Assembly: GCA_965261735.1 (NCBI GenBank)
Contig: OZ253470.1
Coordinates: 1,216,001 to 1,280,000, forward strand
Direction: 5' to 3'
Length of the DNA: 64,000 bases
Source of the DNA: Alphaproteobacteria bacterium
GTDB taxonomy: Bacteria; Pseudomonadota; Alphaproteobacteria; SHVV01
Below are positions 61,186-64,000 of the stretch, in pieces (position 1 is the first letter of the stretch; every line of letters starts with the position of its first letter). The position numbers and the translations under genes are program-made. Below the pieces are notes generated by a model, which saw only the letters and a list, made by a program, of their open reading frames with translations, had not been told where the DNA came from and made no database searches.

Positions 61186-61817
61186 GGGTTGGCGAGATCG
61201 AGGCCCTCCATGAGGGCCACGTACTCCTCGACCGACTTGACCTGAAGCCTCGGGTTGTGGGCGCGCTCCTCGCCGATGGTGCTGACCGTATCGCCCTTGT
61301 AGTCGTGACCGGGATAGACGAGCGTCTCGTCGGGCAGCTTCAAGAGCTTGTTGAACAAGGAGTCGTAGGCGGCGCCGGGATCGCCGTTCTGGAAGTCGGT
61401 GCGGCCGGTGCCGCGGATGAGCAGCGTATCGCCGGTGAAGACCCGGTCGGGCATGCAAAAGCAGTAGGAATCGGCGGTGTGCCCGGGCGTGTGCATGACC
61501 TCCAGCGTCACCCCGTCGACCTCGATCGTATCGCCGTCCTCGACCCGCATCGAAACCACGTCGACCGCCGCGGCCGCGCCCATCACGGTGATGCACTTGG
61601 TGCGGTCGCGCAGGGCACCGAGGCCGGTGATGTGATCGGCATGGACGTGCGTGTCGACCGCCTTCACCAGGCGCAGCTCGAACTCGGAGATAAGCTGGAG
61701 GTAGCGCTCGAGGCGCTCGTGAACCGGGTAGATGATGAGCGCCTCGCCGCCGGGCCGTGCGGCCAGCAGGTAGGTGTAGGTCGAGGACACGTTGTCGTAG
61801 AGCTGGCGAAACAGCAT
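61186..61817 (-). pseudogene. ETHE1-like persulfide dioxygenase (MBL fold), 3'-truncated
   Basis: MLFRQL..SSTYTYLL, DTHVHADHITG, TPGHT, FTGDTLLIRGTGRTDFQ, YPGHDY; ends at DLANP fused to internal IS sequence. Confidence 0.85.
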
Positions 61818-61843
61818 GGCGCTAGGCTCCTTGGGCCATGGCC

Positions 61844-62056
61844 CTAGGGATCGCTCGCCGGCTTCTCTTTGGCCTCATCGGCCGCTTGCCCACTCGCGCT
61901 CCCCCGCTTGAGCAGCGGCAGCGAGATCGTCACACCGACGTCGGGTCGGCTCGCGGACCCCCCAGACCCCCGGAGGCCCACCCTATCGCAGCCGCCGAGG
62001 GCAAGCGCGACGCTCAACACCGCCACGGCTCCGCACCACACGCCGATCGCACCCAT
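61844..62056 (-). CDS. Putative small lipoprotein
   Basis: Hydrophobic stretch then LGGC lipobox; ATG abuts the glcG stop. Confidence 0.4.
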   Translation of the reverse strand: MGAIGVWCGAVAVLSVALALGGCDRVGLRGSGGSASRPDVGVTISLPLLKRGSASGQAADEAKEKPASDP

Positions 62057-62491
62057 TCAGCCTGTGTCCGCAAAAGTCTCGGCACCGGCCAGCGCGGCGA
62101 GGCCGGCGCGCGCGACGTCGACGTCCTGCTCGCCCGTGCCCGAACCAACGCCGATGCCGCCGACGATCTCGCCCGCGATGATGATCGGCAGGCCACCCCG
62201 GAGGTTGGTGTGCTTGGCGCCCGCGGCGAGCGCCAATTTGAGCTCGACGTCGGCGGGGCGGCGCCCCGTGGGCGCGCGGTCCGAGACGGCCGTGCGCGCC
62301 TTGGCGAGCGAAGTATCGATGGACAGGATCTTGGCCCCGTCCATCCGCGCGAGGGCGAGCGCATGGCCCGCCGCGTCGACGATCGTGATGCACTGCGGCA
62401 CGCCCAGGGCGAGGGCTCGGGCGATGGCGGCGTTGAGCGCGCGAAGGGCGCCGTCGTGGGTCAGCGCGAGCCGTGAGGCGGTGTCGGGCAT
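62057..62491 (-). CDS. GlcG/HbpS family heme-binding protein
   Basis: IVDAAGH..RMDGA, KARTA, GGLPI, GGIGVGSG..EQD..VA. Confidence 0.9.
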   Translation of the reverse strand: MPDTASRLALTHDGALRALNAAIARALALGVPQCITIVDAAGHALALARMDGAKILSIDTSLAKARTAVSDRAPTGRRPADVELKLALAAGAKHTNLRGGLPIIIAGEIVGGIGVGSGTGEQDVDVARAGLAALAGAETFADTG

Positions 62492-62694
62492 CGCGGTCCT
62501 CTCGTTCCAGAACGCCGAGCCTAGCTTAGCTCGGGGCGCGAGGCCAGGCCCCCCGGGCCCTGGCATACGCCTTGCCCCGCACCCCTCGGTATCCCCAACT
62601 CCGAGGTGCGCCGTGTACATCACCGAACAGATCTGGAAGGGCATCGTAGTCCAGTGCAACTGCGGCATGTCTTTTTTGTCAAGTCCTATCAACC

Positions 62695-64000
62695 GTGTGT
62701 GGACGCCCCCGTTGATGCAAGCAGTTTTTGGTCGGCTCGGTGCATGCGGTCAGGTGCTGTCGTGTGTCCGGCCTCTCTATGCGGCAGATGACACGCCGCG
62801 GGCCCGTATGGAGATACGCGGATTGGGTCCAAATCGGTTACGCGAGCTTGAAAGCTCTCCGTTCGGATGCTGGTTTTCCCAACCCGGTCTCGTTGACCTT
62901 TGCCCTTACCTGTCCTCCGTCGTGCCCACATCCCCGACGGCTTCCCGCACTTCGCCGTTCTCTCAGGCGGTGGCGGGAGCCCGGTAGCTCTCCTTCTTCG
63001 TCAGTAGCGCCCAGACGATGCGCGCCATCCTGTTGGCCAGCGCCACCGCGACGAGCATCCTCGGCTTGCGCGCCAGCATCCCGGCCAGCCAGGGGTCCGT
63101 CGTCACGCCGCGCCGAACCGCCCAGCGGACCACAGTCATCGCGCCTGTGATCAGCAGCCGTCTCAGATCGCGCTGGCCCATCTTCGATATCTTGCCCAGC
63201 TTCGGCTTGCCGCCGGTCGTGTGCTGGCGCGGCACGAGGCCGAGCCAAGCGGAGAAGTCGCGGCCGCGCCGGAAACTCTCCATCGGCGGTGCGAAGGCCT
63301 GGATTGCCATCGCGCTGATCGGCCCGATCCCCGGCACGCTCATCAGGCGCCTCGCCTCCTCATCCTGCCGTGCTCTCACGTGGACCTCCCTCTCCAGGCC
63401 CGCAATCTTCGCATCGAGGCCGGCGATCTGCTCAAGCAGAAGGCCGGCCAGCTCGCGGACCGCTTCCGGCAACCTCGAAGCCGGTCCCTCAAGCGCCGAG
63501 GCCAGCCGGCCGACATGAGCCGGCCCCTGCGGGGCAATGACACCGAACTCCGCCAGATGGCCGCGCAGCGCATTAATCGTCTGGGTGCGCTGGCGCACCA
63601 GAAGATCGCGCGTCCGGAACAGCATGCCCCGAGCCTGCTGTTCCTCCGTCTTCACAGCCACAAAGCGCATGGTCGGCCGCGACGACGCCTCGCAGATCGC
63701 CTCCGCATCCGACGCGTCGTTCTTTTGCCGCTTGACGTACGCTTTGACGTAGATCGGTGGGACCAGTCGCACCGCATGGCCGAGACTGCCGATCTCCCGG
63801 CCCCAATGGTGCGCGCCGCCGCACGCCTCCATCGCCACCGTGCAGCGTGGCTGCGCAGCCACAAAGTCCAACAGCTTCGCCCGGCTCAGCTTCTTGCGGA
63901 ACGCAACCAACCCATCCGCCCGCGCACCGTGCAGCTGAAAGCTGTTCTTCGCCAGATCGATCCCGATCATGTGAACCTGTTCCATGGACGCCCCCTTCCT
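62695..64000 (-). mobile_element. IS110-family element of the IS1111 type (left end beyond window)
   Basis: Transposase plus ~265-bp 3' non-coding region ending in sub-terminal GGGGGCGTCCA; same motif overlaps the start codon; boundary approximate. Confidence 0.8.
62963..63985 (-). CDS. IS110-family DEDD recombinase/transposase
   Basis: IGIDLAKNSF, MEACG, KNDASDAEAI, SVPGIG, WLGLVP, ALANRMAR. Confidence 0.95.
   Translation of the reverse strand: MEQVHMIGIDLAKNSFQLHGARADGLVAFRKKLSRAKLLDFVAAQPRCTVAMEACGGAHHWGREIGSLGHAVRLVPPIYVKAYVKRQKNDASDAEAICEASSRPTMRFVAVKTEEQQARGMLFRTRDLLVRQRTQTINALRGHLAEFGVIAPQGPAHVGRLASALEGPASRLPEAVRELAGLLLEQIAGLDAKIAGLEREVHVRARQDEEARRLMSVPGIGPISAMAIQAFAPPMESFRRGRDFSAWLGLVPRQHTTGGKPKLGKISKMGQRDLRRLLITGAMTVVRWAVRRGVTTDPWLAGMLARKPRMLVAVALANRMARIVWALLTKKESYRAPATA

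Overview
GC-rich bacterial DNA with an alphaproteobacterial (Rhodospirillales-like) gene set: DUF2336, DUF2794, dapD, tesA/ybbA/ybbP, BI-1. The first ~19 kb is a cyclic-amide catabolic island, most likely for creatinine/N-methylhydantoin. It encodes two ATP-dependent hydantoinase/oxoprolinase A+B pairs, a dihydropyrimidinase, an N-carbamoylsarcosine amidase, a broken D-carbamoylase, a Pot-type ABC importer, two unknown membrane proteins and a 938-aa SPFH/flotillin protein. The most striking observation is that both hydantoinase B subunits carry an N-terminal Rad52/Rad22-like domain on a Pro/Ala linker. In addition, the flotillin has a duplicated ~200-aa stalk built from 29-residue repeats. Together these suggest an undescribed membrane-anchored scaffold or compartment for enzymes (hypothesis). 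The rest is housekeeping and accessory genes: a Dpp-type ABC transporter, a cyclase-ATPase-TPR gene, TAXI-TRAP, a 2-oxoacid dehydrogenase operon, MFS and GSTs. It is punctuated by one complete and three partial IS1595-family copies, an IS1111-type IS110 element with its 3' non-coding region, a candidate C-loop sRNA, several abrupt gene-fusing junctions and single-base indels. The junctions and indels may partly be assembly or amplification artefacts. All calls come from motif recognition by eye; no database searches were run.
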